NCBI RefSeq assembly: GCF_035084215.1
Contig: NC_090340.1
Location: 5,518,001 to 5,582,000, forward strand
Source: Heptranchias perlo
Lineage: Eukaryota
Direction: 5' to 3'
DNA length: 64,000 bases
Shown: positions 24,325-36,775 of the stretch, in pieces
How positions within the stretch are numbered: position 1 is the stretch's first letter
Layout of the letters: every line of letters starts with the position of its first letter
Notes under the pieces: generated by a model
The model's input: only the letters and a program-made list of their open reading frames with translations
Told to the model about the DNA's origin: nothing
Database searches by the model: none
Program-made: the position numbers and the translations under genes

Positions 24325-26968
24325 GTACTTTGAATACAGACAATCTTTTAAGTACCGCCTCTTTATTTTTATCCTATCCAATTTCGCTTCTACCTCCTCC
24401 ATCACGGCTACAATGGCAGCATCCCTTTCTCTAGTGAAGACGGATGCAAAGTAGTCATTTCGTACTTCAGCCATCCTCTCTGCATCCTTAAAAGGAGTTC
24501 CTCCTTTCTCCCTAACCATTCCCACCCTTCCTTTGACTACCTTTTCACCATTTATATGTTTATAAAAGTCTTTTGGGTTCCCTTTTATGTTTGCCGCTGA
24601 TCTATTCTCATACGCTCGCGTTGTCCTTCTTTTTCACTTTTTTCAATCTCCTCTGTATTTTCTGTATTTAGTCTGCTTCTCTACTGCATTATGAACCTTA
24701 AATTGGTCATCAGCCTCATATTGCTGGTTCATTTTAATCTCTATATCTTTCGTCATCCAATGAGCTATAGCTTGGGATGCCCTTCCTTTCCCCCTCGTAT
24801 GATTGTTTGTGATTACTCTGTACCCGAAACAACACCTCCTTGAAGGCCTCCCATTGTTCAATTACTCTTTTGTCAGCCAATTTTTGATTGCAATCCACCT
24901 GGACAACATCCCCTTTAAAGTTACTGAAATTAGCTCTCCTCCAGTTTAATATTTTCACATTTGATTGTTCCTTGTCCTTTTTCCATAACTATTCAAAAAC
25001 TAATAATATTATGATCACTGTTCAACAAATGCTCCCCCACAGACATGTGCTCCACCTGCCCCACTTCATTCTCCAGAACTAGACCCAGCACTGTTTCCTT
25101 CCTCGTTGGGCTGGAAACACACAGTTCCAGAAAGTTATCTTTTACACATTTCAGGAATATTCCCCCTCTTTTCACTTCACACTCTTACTGTCCCGTCTAT
25201 ATTGGGACATACGAAGTCCCCAGTTATCACCACTCTATAGTTTTTACATCTTTCTGAAATGTGCCTGAATAATTGCTCCTCTATCTCCTTCCCACTATTT
25301 GATGGCCTGTAATATACCCAGTAGCATAATAGCTCCTCTATATTTCCTTAATTCTAACCAAATAGATTCTGTCTCTAACCACTCAACTACATCATCACCT
25401 TCCAGTGCTCTAATAGTTTATTTGATCGATACTGCCACCCCCACCTTTCTTTCCTTCCCTATATTTCTGAACACCTTGTAGCCAGGAATAATAAGTATCT
25501 AATTCTCCCCTTCTTTGAGCCAGGTTTTTGTTCTTGTCTCTTTATCATAGTTCCATTTGGTAATTTGAACCTGCAGCTTACCAAACTTACTCACCATGCT
25601 GTGTGCATTTACACACATGCACTCCAAGCTCATCTTAGGCTGCCTCGCATTTGCCCCCTATTTGATCCCTCCTATTTCTGAACTCTTCTTCGCTCTAGTG
25701 CTATTTGTCCCTCCCAGTCCTCTATTCACCTTGTTTCTCCTTTGTAATGTTTTACCCTGGTGCCTATCCCCCTGCCAAATTAGTTTAATTGCCCCCTCCC
25801 CAGAGCTCTATTTAACCTCCACGTAAAGACATTGGTCCCAGCTCTGTTGAGGTGCAACCCATCCTTCTTGAACAGATCACACTTGCCCCACACCTGGTCC
25901 CAATGCCCCAGGAATCTAAAGCCCTCCCTCCTGCACCATTTTTCCACCCACGAATTTACCTGTCTTATCCAACTATTCCCTTACTCACTAACACGTGGCA
26001 CTCTGATTCATCCAGATATTACCAACTTTGGAGTCCTGCTTGTATACCTCCAGAACTCCTCAAAATCTGTCTGCAGGAACTCATGCCTTTTCCTTCCTAT
26101 GTCTATCCTATATTCCCACATGGTCCACGACTTCTGTCTGTCATCCTTACACATTCAAAATTTTCTGCACCCGCTGAGCGATGTCCTTTACCCTGGTACC
26201 AGGGAGGCAATACACCATGCAAAATCACGTCGGCGGTTGCAGAAATGCTTGTCTATCCCCCTAACTATAAATCCCCTATAAAAAACTGCATTTCTTACCC
26301 CGCCTCACTGCGCAGCCGAGTCTCCCGCTGTGCAATGGATTTGCTCCTCGCTGCACTCGACCAAGTCGTCAACACTCTCATTGGTATTCATCATTGAGTA
26401 CCGGTTTTTAATTACCGCACTCCCAGGGGACTTCTGCACGGCTTGCCTGTTTGTCCTCGTCCGTCTGGTGTTCGTCCAATCTCCACCTGAACTCTCTGCA
26501 GCTGCGGGGTGAACACCTCATGAAACGTGCTATCCACGAAACACTCAGCTCCCACTATGCACTGTAGTTACGCCAGCCGCCCCTGAAGCTCAGATACTCT
26601 GAGCTCAAGCTCCAGCAGTTGTTGGCACTTCCTGCACATGTTTTAGTCCAGGACACACGAAGTGCACTGGAGACCCCACATGGCAAAGGATTTGCATGCA
26701 ATGCGCCCCAACTGTCCTGCTAACAGTTATTTGAAGTTTTTGTTCAGCTTTCGGACACTTTGCTGTTTGTCTGACACTAAAACACTAACCACTAAAAAAC
26801 ACTAACCAACTACTAAAGACACGAACCATTAAGAACAATAATCACTAAAAGTACCAACCAATAACTTAAATACTAATGACTTAACCTCGGCGCTCCTCTT
26901 TGTCCCGTGTCACTTCTTGACTTTTTCCTATTTTTATTAATCCGAGCGGCTCCCTTTATGCTCCGCAC

Positions 26969-27096
26969 AGCCGGCTTCTCCCGAGCTTTATGCTCTGCTG
27001 AGCCGCTTCTCCCGAGCTTTTTTATCGTCTCGGTCGCTTCTCTAAAGCTTTATACTCTGCTCAGCCGCTTCTCCCGAGCTTTATTCTCTGCTCAGC
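26969..27096 (-). repeat. About four degenerate ~31-bp monomers at the CR1 5' end
   Basis: agccgcttctcccgagctttat(g/a/t)ctctgct(g/c) repeated. Confidence 0.8.
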
Positions 27097-28334
27097 AGTT
27101 TCGGCTGAGATTTATGCCTTCACGTTGGATCCCCTTGTCCACCGCAAAAACCCACACTTGCTCCCACCATGGGCATTCCCCAAATTGCGGACACAATCCT
27201 CGCTCCCTTAAGTCCAAGGGACGCACACTTTAATCTTTACGATGGACAACTGGTTTAATCATTCATCACCAGATCTGGCTGGACCACATAAAGCACCTTC
27301 GTGTCCTGCTGTCTGCTATTAATACTGGGCACTACACCAGCATCATCCTGGAATGAATAGATAGCTCCTAGCGTATATTTTGCACTAACAATCGTCTACT
27401 TATACCCCTTCCCCCTGCTCGATCAACCCTCATCTCCAACAACCAGTGAGAGGAGCAAAATAGACTTCATTGTCTCTAAGATTGAGACCATCCATCCAAC
27501 TGTCTCCACCGCATGTCTCCCTTCCCCTAGCCGAACATGCCAAATTTGCCCGAAAGACACCCCCCGCCCCAACCCCTCGGCGCTGAATCTAGCCCTATAC
27601 TCTCATCTTTCTCCTGTTTCTCTCGTTTCTTCCATAATGCCCTCTCCAAGCTCATCTTGTCCATGAGACCTACCACTTGATCTCTCGAACTCCCACTAAA
27701 CTGCTGACCACCCAGCTTCCCTTTCTGGTCCCCATTTTGTTAACTGTTCCCTCTCTTGTGTTATTGTCTCCTTCCCTTTGAAATCTGAGGCCATCATCCC
27801 CTCTGCAAAAAATCCAATCGCAATCCCTAACTTGCAAACTACTGCCTCGTCTCCAATCACCCCCTACTCTCCATATTCCTTGCCAACTCAAAAATCCGTG
27901 CCCATCTTTCCCGCCACTTCATGTTTGAACACCTCCAATCAGGTTTCCGTCCCAGCCACAGCACTGTAACGGCACTTATCAAAGTCACTAAATACATCCT
28001 ATGTGAACGTAAGAGTGGTGCACTATCCTCCCTCACACTTCTGGATCTTTCTGCGACCTTTTACATGGTTGACCACACGACGCTCCTTCAATGCCTCTCC
28101 TCTGTCGTTCAGCTGAGTGGGACTGTTCTCACTGGCTCCATTCTCACCTATCCAGCCATAGTCAGGTGATCTCCTGGAATGGCTTCTCTTTCCACTCTAA
28201 CACGGTTACTTCTGGGGTCCCCTGAAGACCTATCCTTGGATCCCTCCTATTTCTCATCTACATCCTGACCCTCGGCGACATCATCAGAAAACACAACGAC
28301 AGATTTCACGTGTCCAATGACGACACAGAGCTTT

Positions 28335-28412
28335 ACCTTCTCAAGGGCAATTAGGGATGGACAATAAATGCTTGCCTTGCCAGCGACGTCACATCTCGTG
28401 AACGAACAAAAA
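28335..28412 (+). mobile_element. Very short family B 3' tail inserted in L2
   Basis: ccttctcaagggcaattagggatggacaataaatgcttgccttgccagcgacgtc...gaacgaac. Confidence 0.8.
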
Positions 28413-29439
28413 ATAAGCTCACCACCATTTATCTCGGTCCCTCCACTGCATTGATTTGTTACGCTGATTTTCAGATATCCAGTTTTGGATGAACAGAAAT
28501 TTCCTCCAATTAATTATTGAGAAGACCAAAGCCATTGTATTCGGCCTCGCCGCAAAATTCGTTCCCTAGCCATCAATTCGTACACCCTCTCTGGCTACTG
28601 TGAGGCTCAACCAGACTGCTCACTACTTCAGCATCATACTGGACACTGAGCTGAGCTTCTGGCGCAATATAGTCTAAGACCACCGACATCGACGTTTTTC
28701 ATTGCTCTCCTGGCTTGCCTCCCATCTTCAAACGTCTATAAACTTGAACTCAACCAAAAACTCTGCTGCCCATATTCTACCTCGCACCAAGTCCAGTTCA
28801 CCTATCACCTCTGTGCTGGCTATCCTACATTAGCTCCTGGTCAAGCAGTACTTCAAATTTAAAATCATCATCCTAGTTTTCAAATCCCACCATGGCCTCG
28901 TCCCTACCTATTCCTGTAACCCCCTACAGCCCTACGACCCTTTGAGAACTCTCTCTAATTCCTGCCTCCTGTGCATCCCCGATTTCCTTTGCCTCACCAT
29001 TGGCTGACGTGCCTTCAGTTTCCTAGGCCCCAAAGCTGTGTAATTCCCTCCACAACGCCCCACCCGACACTCTACCTCTCTATCCTCCTTTAAGACGCTC
29101 CTTAACACCTGTATTTTTTGAACAAGCTTTTGGTCATCTTTGCTAATAGCTCCTTATGTGGCTCGGTGTCAAATTTTGTCTGATAACGCTCCAGTGAAGT
29201 GTCTTGGGACGATTTAGTACATTAAAGGCGCTATATAATTGCAAGATGCTTTTGTTATTGCCTATACTGAGGAACACACTATTTATTCGTTCGTCTCGAT
29301 TTATTTCTTCCACATTTTACCCTACCCCGCCCCCCCCCCCCCCATCGCTTCTAGGAGGTATCCTTTAGCTTTATGATTCTTTATAAATGATATTAAACTG
29401 TCTTAAGTTTTATATCAAAACAGGATGGAGTGTTAATGT

Positions 29440-30150
29440 GAGAACATCGGAACAGGAGTAGAACATTAAACAATTCGAAGCTGCTCGCCATTCTATTCGT
29501 TTACGGCTGATTTGTAGCTCAACACCATTTAAACGCCTTTTCTCCATATTCAACACACTTGCCGAATAAAAATCCATCGATTTCAGTTTTCAAAATTTCA
29601 ATTCACTCAGCATCCATAGCAGTTTGGAGGATTGCAGTCCCAGGTAAATTTTGTACCTTACTTTGCGTATAAAAGTGCATCCTAATTTCATTCATAACTG
29701 GCCTCGATCTTAATTTATATTTTTTCCCCGTTGCTCTGGATTCTGCCACCAGAGGGAGCAGCTTCCCTGTATCTACCCTATTAAATATTTTATAAATAAC
29801 GCATTTTTGTTCAGCTCACCACGTAACGTTCTGAACTCAGGGGAATACAGCCAAGTTTAAGCAATCTCTCCTCAGATTTGAATCCTTTAAGACCCGTATT
29901 GTTCTGCTGACTGTGCACTTTAATCACCCAATATATCTTTAAGGAAGTGCGGTGCCCAAAATTGAATGCAGGTCTCCAGATGGGTTCCGACCTAGGCTTT
30001 ATAGAACGGAAGCATCACTTCTTCACTTTTGTAATCCAGCCCGTTTGAGAGATAGGACAACATTCCATTAGCCCTTTAGATTAATTTTTGATCATGTACA
30101 CCTGCTTTTACTGATTTGTGTACCCGTGCACCTAAATCCTTTGCCACAGT
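29440..30150 (-). mobile_element. Old CR1 3' fragment
   Basis: Reverse complement of the CR1 3' ORF2/UTR (gtgcggtgcccaaaattgaatgca, aacaggagtag). Confidence 0.65.
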
Positions 30151-31094
30151 TATTATTCCATTAAGTTATACGTTTGAAACCGATTAAGTAATACAATGAC
30201 AGTTTCACATTTTGATGTTTTATTCATCATGATTTCAGCATTCCCTGTTGAAAACGTTGTACTCAAGTTTCTGGAGTGGAGCTTGAACCTATGACCTTTT
30301 GAATCAATGGCAAGTGCGCTACCACTGAGTAATGCTGACACTATAAGTAGGATATTGCCATAATCTGCTGCAGATGGCCTGGAATGCCCACGTTCTTCAT
30401 TGTGGTTTTCAGCTTAATCAGGCATTCATGCAGCACTGCACAGATGTGTGTTGTGGACCATTACATGGATGCAGTCCTTGCACACTCTGAAATGACCATG
30501 AAATACTGATACTGAGTTACCATACTGTAGTCAGACACTGTGAAGTCCGAAGCTTGATGAACTCTTGAGTTGGACCTCTGGTCGGAAGATTGTGCCTTCT
30601 CCAATGCCAATGCCACTTCCACTTGCTCCTTCTCACTCTTGCTCAGTGATGATTCACCAAGCAACTGCAAGTCAATAACTGAGGCTCCCAAAGTAAATGT
30701 ATCCATGTTGGTGTTTGTCACTGCAGGAGTGAGTGCCGCAGGGTGCTGTGAGATGCACAATCCAGGGTGCATATTGGCTGCTGCCACTTCCTATTTCAAG
30801 TTTCCGTTCTGCATAGGTATTCGCTCGAGTCACTCCAGTTAGCTGCTTGAGTAGCTTACATTCAGCATTAAGGCTGTACTTGCCAATGTCCAACTACACG
30901 GTAGTGTATCCCAGGGGTATATAGCAGTACCTCCTTGTGATCTGAACTAGGTATGGTTTCTTTCTCATGTCCCCTCACAAGCGCTTTTCCAACCTTTCCG
31001 ACGGCAGGCTGAGAAACACTTGGTGTAAAGGGCCAAATGCAAATTGTTAAGCTGATTTATTCCATAGACGGCAAGTGAACATGCAGAGTGGTAC

Positions 31095-31545
31095 CAGAGA
31101 TGATAAACTTCAGTTTTGTGTGGGGGCTGGAGAGGCTGGAGTTGTTCTCCTTGGAGCAGAGAGGATTGGTGGGAGGTTTGGTGGAGGTGTTCACGGTTAT
31201 GAAGGGTTTGGTGGAGTAGATGGGGAGAGACTGTTTCCACTGACGCGACGGTCTGTGGCCAGAAGACAACAGATTTGGGATAATTGGCAAACGATCAAGG
31301 GGGTAAATGAGGAGATTTTTTTGTGCAGCATGTTGTTTTGGTTTGGAATGCGCTGCCTGATGAGTGGTGGAAGCAGGTTCAATAGTGACTTTCAAAACTG
31401 AATTGGAGATATACTTGAAAACGAAAGGTTTACAGGGCTATGGGGAGGGAGCAGTGGAGTGGGACTGATGTGGTGGCTCTTTCGGGGAGCCGGCATGGGC
31501 CGAATGGTCACCTTCTGTGGTGTATGATTCCATGATTCGATGAAT
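31095..31545 (+). mobile_element. CR1 3' fragment
   Basis: ggctggagttgttctccttggagcagag ... tatgattccatgattcgatga tail. Confidence 0.8.
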
Positions 31546-33315
31546 AACAGTTAAAGCAAATTCTAGTTAGTTAACTCAATCTCAATTCTCTGCTTGAAAA
31601 ATGGGGGGAAATGTTGTGCGCTTTGTCCCTTTTAAGCAGACCTTTCTTACTAGGCAACTTCTAACTGCAAAACCTAACCTCATGCATTTTTTCACCCGCT
31701 TCCAGCGAAGAGCTGTGTATCACAGTCCTTTGTTTCAATCCCAATTGCCTTGCCATGTGTGTGCCTTTCCCCTGTCTTCTCAGCCAGTGGGAGGCCTAAG
31801 GCACTGGCTTTCACCCCTTTAATGATTCATCAGGTATGTCTTTCAATAAATTCGACCAGTTCTTCTTTTCTCCCCCACCCCTCCCCCTCCCCCTCCAACC
31901 TCACCTTCCTGAGGTTGCATGTTTAAGGAAAACCTCTCCTGCTGCTCTCAATGAATGGGTCAGGGATGAGACAGTTGATCCTAACTTTATCACTTTGAAG
32001 TAGTCTGTGGGCTGTGACAGTTCAAAAATTTGTCTGTCTGGGTACATCTTCAGCAAAAGGCAAAGGATGGCACAAGCCATGTGCTTGGGGCGGGGGAGGG
32101 GGCATCCCCCACTTCATCGTTTGTCTCCGTGCCAAGTGTCCTCTCCTACTAAGGATTAAAGCCCTTAAATGGTATGACTGCCTCCAACCATCAAGCATCT
32201 AACCCTTGCCTTGAGCTTGGAGTAAGTTTCAAATTTCAAAATAAGCTGAAGGATAACAAGTGAATGCAAATAACTAAATAGGAAGGATCCATAACTCAAT
32301 TCTTGATTTACATTTCAGAAATGTCCAGACAGCTCTCTCAAAATTAAAGTCTAGAAGCAGTCGGTCACGTGTGTCAGGTTGATAAGTGACAGATGTCAAG
32401 TTGATAATAGAAGAGAGAACCATGCTGAATATAGGAAGTACAGAGGAGAAGTGAGAAAGGAAATAAGAGGGTCAAAGACAGAGTATGAGAATAGACTGGC
32501 CGCTAACATAGGGAATCCAAAAGTATTCTATAGGCATATACATAGTAAACGGGTAGTAAGAGGAGGGGTGTGGCTGATTAGGGACCAAAAAGCAGATCTA
32601 TGCAAGGAGGCGGAGGGCATGGCTGAGGTAATAATTGTGTACTTTGCCTGTGTCTTTACCAAGGAAGAATATGCTGCCAAAGTCACGTTGAAAGAGTAGG
32701 TAGTTGAGATACTGGATGAGCTAAAAATTGTTAAAGAGGTTCAAGAAAGGCTGGCTGTATTTCAAGTAGATAAGTCATCTAGTCTGGATGGGATGCACCC
32801 TACGTTGCTAAGGGAGGTATGAGTGAAAATTGCAGAGGTGCTGGCCATAATCTTCCAATCCTCCTTCGATAGGGGGTGGTGCCAGAGGACTGGAGAATTG
32901 TAAATGCTACACTCTTGTACAATAAAATGGTGATGGGTAAACCCAGCAACTGCGGACCAGTAAGTCTAACAATGGTGGTGGAGAATCTTTAAGAAACGAT
33001 AATCCGGGACAAAATTAATAGTCACTTGGACAAGTATGGATTGTTAAAGGAAAGCCAGCACGGATTTGTTAAAGGCAAATCTTGTTCAACTATATTGATT
33101 GAGTTTTATGATAAGGCAGCAGAGAGGATTGATGAGGGCAATGCGGTTAATGTGGTGTATATGGACTTTCAGAAGGCGATTGATAAAGTGCAACATGATA
33201 GGCTTGTCAGAAAAATTGAAGTCCATGCAATGCAATGAGACGTGGCAGCATGGATACGAAATTGGCTAAGTGACAGGAAACAGAGAGCAGTGGTCAACGG
33301 CTGTTCTTCGGAATG

Positions 33316-35052
33316 CAGAGCAATTAAACAAATAATTTGGTTCAGTCTTCACGAAGAGGACACAGATAACTTCCCGGAAACGCTAGGGAACCGAGGCACT
33401 AGTGAGAAGGAGGAATTAAAGGAAATTCGTTGAAGTAAAAAAAATAGTGCTGGAGAAATTAACGGGACTGAAAGCCATTTAATCCCTATAGCCTGATAAT
33501 CTGTATCCCTGAGCACTAAAAGAAGTGGCCATGGAAATAGTGGATGCATTAGCTGTCATCTTCCAGAATTCTATAGATTGTGGAACAGTTCCTGCAGATT
33601 GGAGGGTGGCAAGTGTAATCCCACTATTTAAAAAAGGAGGGAGAGAGAAAACAGGGAACTACAGACCGGTAAGCATAACATTGAGTGGTAGGGAAAATGC
33701 TAGAGTCTATTATAAAGGATGTGATAACAAGACACTTAGAAAATATCAACGGGATTAGACAAGGTCAACATGGATTTATGAAAGGGAAATCAAGTTTGAT
33801 AAACCTACTGGAGTTTTTTGAGGATGCAACTGATAAAATAGATAAGGGAGAACCAGTAGATGTGATTTATTTGGATTTTCAGAAGGCCTTTGATCAAGTC
33901 CCACATAAGAGATTAGTGTGAAAAATTAATGCACATGGGATAGGTGGTAATATACCGGCATAGATTGAACATTTGTTAACAGATAGGAAACAGAGAGTAG
34001 CAAAAAAATAGGTATTTTTCGGGGTGGCAGGCAGTGATCAGTGGGGTACCGCAGGGATCAATGCTTGAGCCCCAGCTATTCATAACATATATCACTGATT
34101 TGGTTGAGGGAACCAAATGTAATATTTCTAAGTTTGCTGATGATACAAAACTAGGTCGGATCGTGAATTGTGAGGAGGATGCAAAGAGTCTTCAAGACGA
34201 TTTAGACAAGTTGAGTGAGTGGGCAAATACATGGCAGATGCAGTATAATGTGGATAAATGTGAAATTATCCACTACGGAAGGAAAAAACAGAAAGGCAGA
34301 GTATTATTTAAATGGTGATAGATTGGGGAATGTTGATGTACAAAGGGACCTGGCTGTCCTTGTACACGAGTAACTGAAAGCAAACATGCAGATGCAGCAA
34401 ACAGTTAGGAAAGCAAATGCTATGTTGGCCTTCATTGCAAGAGGATTTGATTACAGGAGCAAGGATGTCTTTCTGCAGTTATACAGGGCCTTGGTGAGAC
34501 CACACCTGCAGTAGTGTGTGCAGTTTTCGTCCCCCTACCTAAGAAAGGATATACTTGCCTAAAAAGGGAGTGCAGCGAAGGTTCACCAGACTGATTCCTG
34601 GGATGGCAGGACTGTCGTATCAAGAGAGATTTGGTCGACCCGGCCTGTATTCACTCGAGTTTAGCAGAATGAGAGGGGAACTCATTGAAACATATAAAAT
34701 TCTAACAGGACTAGACAGACTGGATGCAGGGAGATTGTTTCCCATGGCTGGGGGGTCCAGAAAAAGGGGTTGCACTCTCAGGATACGGGGTAGGACATTT
34801 AGGACTGAGATGAAGAGGAATTTCTTCATTCAGAGGGTGGTGAACCTGTGGATTTCTCGACCACAGAAGACTGTGGAGGCCAAGTCATTGAAAATATTTA
34901 ATAAGGAGCTAGATAGATTTCTAAACACAAAAGGAATCAAGGGGTCTTGGGAGAGAGCGGGGATATAGTTTTGAGATAGAGGATCAGTCATGATCATATT
35001 GAATGATGGAGCAGGCTGTTGCTCCTATTTTCCAGGTTTCTATGTTCCTATG
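33316..35052 (+). mobile_element. Nested 5'-truncated CR1
   Basis: NYRPVSIT, YLDFQKAFD, GVPQGS, KFADDT; tail ttctatgttcctatg followed by resumption of the host. Confidence 0.85.
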
Positions 35053-35101
35053 GAGGAAGGTGTACAATGGTGTTCCCCAGGGGTCGGTACGAGGACCACT
35101 G

Positions 35102-35103
<2 letters not shown>

Positions 35104-35131
<28 letters not shown>
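35104..35131. repeat. (TA)14 microsatellite
   Basis: Direct read of tatata run. Confidence 0.9.
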
Positions 35132-35135
<4 letters not shown>

Positions 35136-36775
35136 TGTTGATGACATGGACTTGGGTGAACAGGGTACAATTTCAAAATTTGCAGATGATACAAAACTTG
35201 GAAGTATAGTAAACTGTATTAATATACTTCAAGACGACATAGACAGGCTGGTGGAATGGGCAGAACATGGCAGATAAAATTTAACGCAGAGAAGTGCGTT
35301 ATAATACATTGTGATACAGGAAGAATGAGGCGAGGCAATGTAAACTAAATGATGCAGTTCTAAAAGGTGTGCAGGAACAGAGAGGCCTGGGGGTATATGT
35401 GCACAAATCTTTGAAGGTGGCAGGCCGGATTGAGAAAGCAGTTAAAAAAGCACATGGTATCCTGGGTTTTATAAATAGTGTCATTGAGTACAAAAGGCAG
35501 GGTGTTATGTTGAACCTTTATAAAACACTGGTTCTGTCACAACTGGAGTATTGTGTCCAGTTCTGGGCACCAAACTTTAGGAAAGATGTGAAGGCCTTAG
35601 AGAGGGTGCAGAAGAGATTTAATAGAATGGTTTCAGTGATGAAAGATTTCAGTGATATGAATGTAGTGGAGAAGCTGGGGTTGTAATCCTTAGAGCAGAG
35701 AAGGTTGAAAGGAGATTTGATAGAAGTGTTCAAATCAGGAAGGGTTTAGATAAAATCAATAAAGAGGAATTGTTCCCATAGGCGGAAGGGCCGAGAACCA
35801 ATGGACACGGATTTAAGGTGATTGGCAAAAGTACCAAAGGCGACATGAGGAATAAAATTTTTAGGCAGTGGGTAGTTATCATTAAGAATGGATTGCCTGA
35901 AAGGCTGGTGGAAGCAAATGCAATCGTGGATTTCAAAGAGGAATTGGATAAATACTTGAAGGGAGAATTTTGTAGGGCTATGGGGAAAGAGTGGGGGAAT
36001 GGGACTAATTGGATTGTTCTTACAATGAGCCCGCACAGGGTCGATGGGCCGAATGGTTTCCTCCTATGGTATAACCATTCGCTGACTCGATGATTCTATA
36101 TCTGCATTCTGCTGCTGACGTTTGCGAAGAATTGCCTGAAAAAAGAGAATAATGCATGAGCATTATGCCCGCTTCCTCGCTCGAAAATCTAATTAAATAT
36201 TAATATTGTAAGGATTCATGTTGCAGGTTAAGAACTTTCTAAGTAGACCAGTGTACAAATATAATATTCTAGGATTAATTTCTGCGGAGGTGCCCCCGAT
36301 GATCCACAGTAACATTGGCGGAACAGCTGCACAAATTCCAGAAAACAATGTAAATTATTCTGTTTTTTCAACGTTTCCGAAACTCTTTCGTGGATGTCAA
36401 AGCGAAAAAGTGCCACACGCACCAAACCCTCCTACCCAAAAGGAATTCACCTTCAGTCAAATATGATCTGCTGTCTATGCTGCAAAAGGATATTGAAGCA
36501 TCGGACAAAGTGCAAAAAAAGTTTGACAACGTTGTTACTATAACTGAGCGGTTGCAATTTATCAGGGGAGTGTGAGCAGGCTACTGCTCTTTTTTTCCGG
36601 AGAGGTTTTTAAAATTATCAAAGGGTTCGATAGATTGGATGTAGAGAAACTGTTTCTACTTTAGATGAATCCAGGACAAGGCGGCATAAATATAAAACAG
36701 CCATAACAGATCAAATGACAATATTTGTGGAATTTCGTTATCCAAAAATTGGTGAGAATGTAAAACTCGCTGCCA

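Larger units (their letters stand above)
20216..27117 (-). mobile_element. Full-length degenerate CR1 inserted in L2, itself split by a family B LINE
   Basis: 3' part 20216-21778 (VADDTK, LEYCVQFLAPHFKKD), 5' part 24325-27117 with EN, junction at about 25780, ORF1 remnant and 5' tandem monomers. Confidence 0.85.
17700..29240 (+). mobile_element. Old L2 LINE interrupted by later insertions (pieces about 17700-17940, 19253-20215, 27118-29240)
   Basis: EN motifs (IDIL..ETWLTGD, ILGHFSLHL), RT motifs (QSGFRPSHSTVTALIKV, LLDLSATF..VDH), L2-type tail aaaggcgctatataa near 29224. The 5' boundary is uncertain. Confidence 0.75.
32378..36098 (+). mobile_element. 5'-truncated CR1 split by a second CR1
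   Basis: ORF2 fragments 32379-33315 and 35053-36098 are collinear; contains a (TA)n at 35104-35131. Confidence 0.85.

Noticed and set aside
31784-31833. Exon-like segment (ttctcag ... cag|gtatgt)
   Set aside because: Splice signals are plausible, but its phases do not join the 39498 exon directly and the peptide has no recognisable feature.
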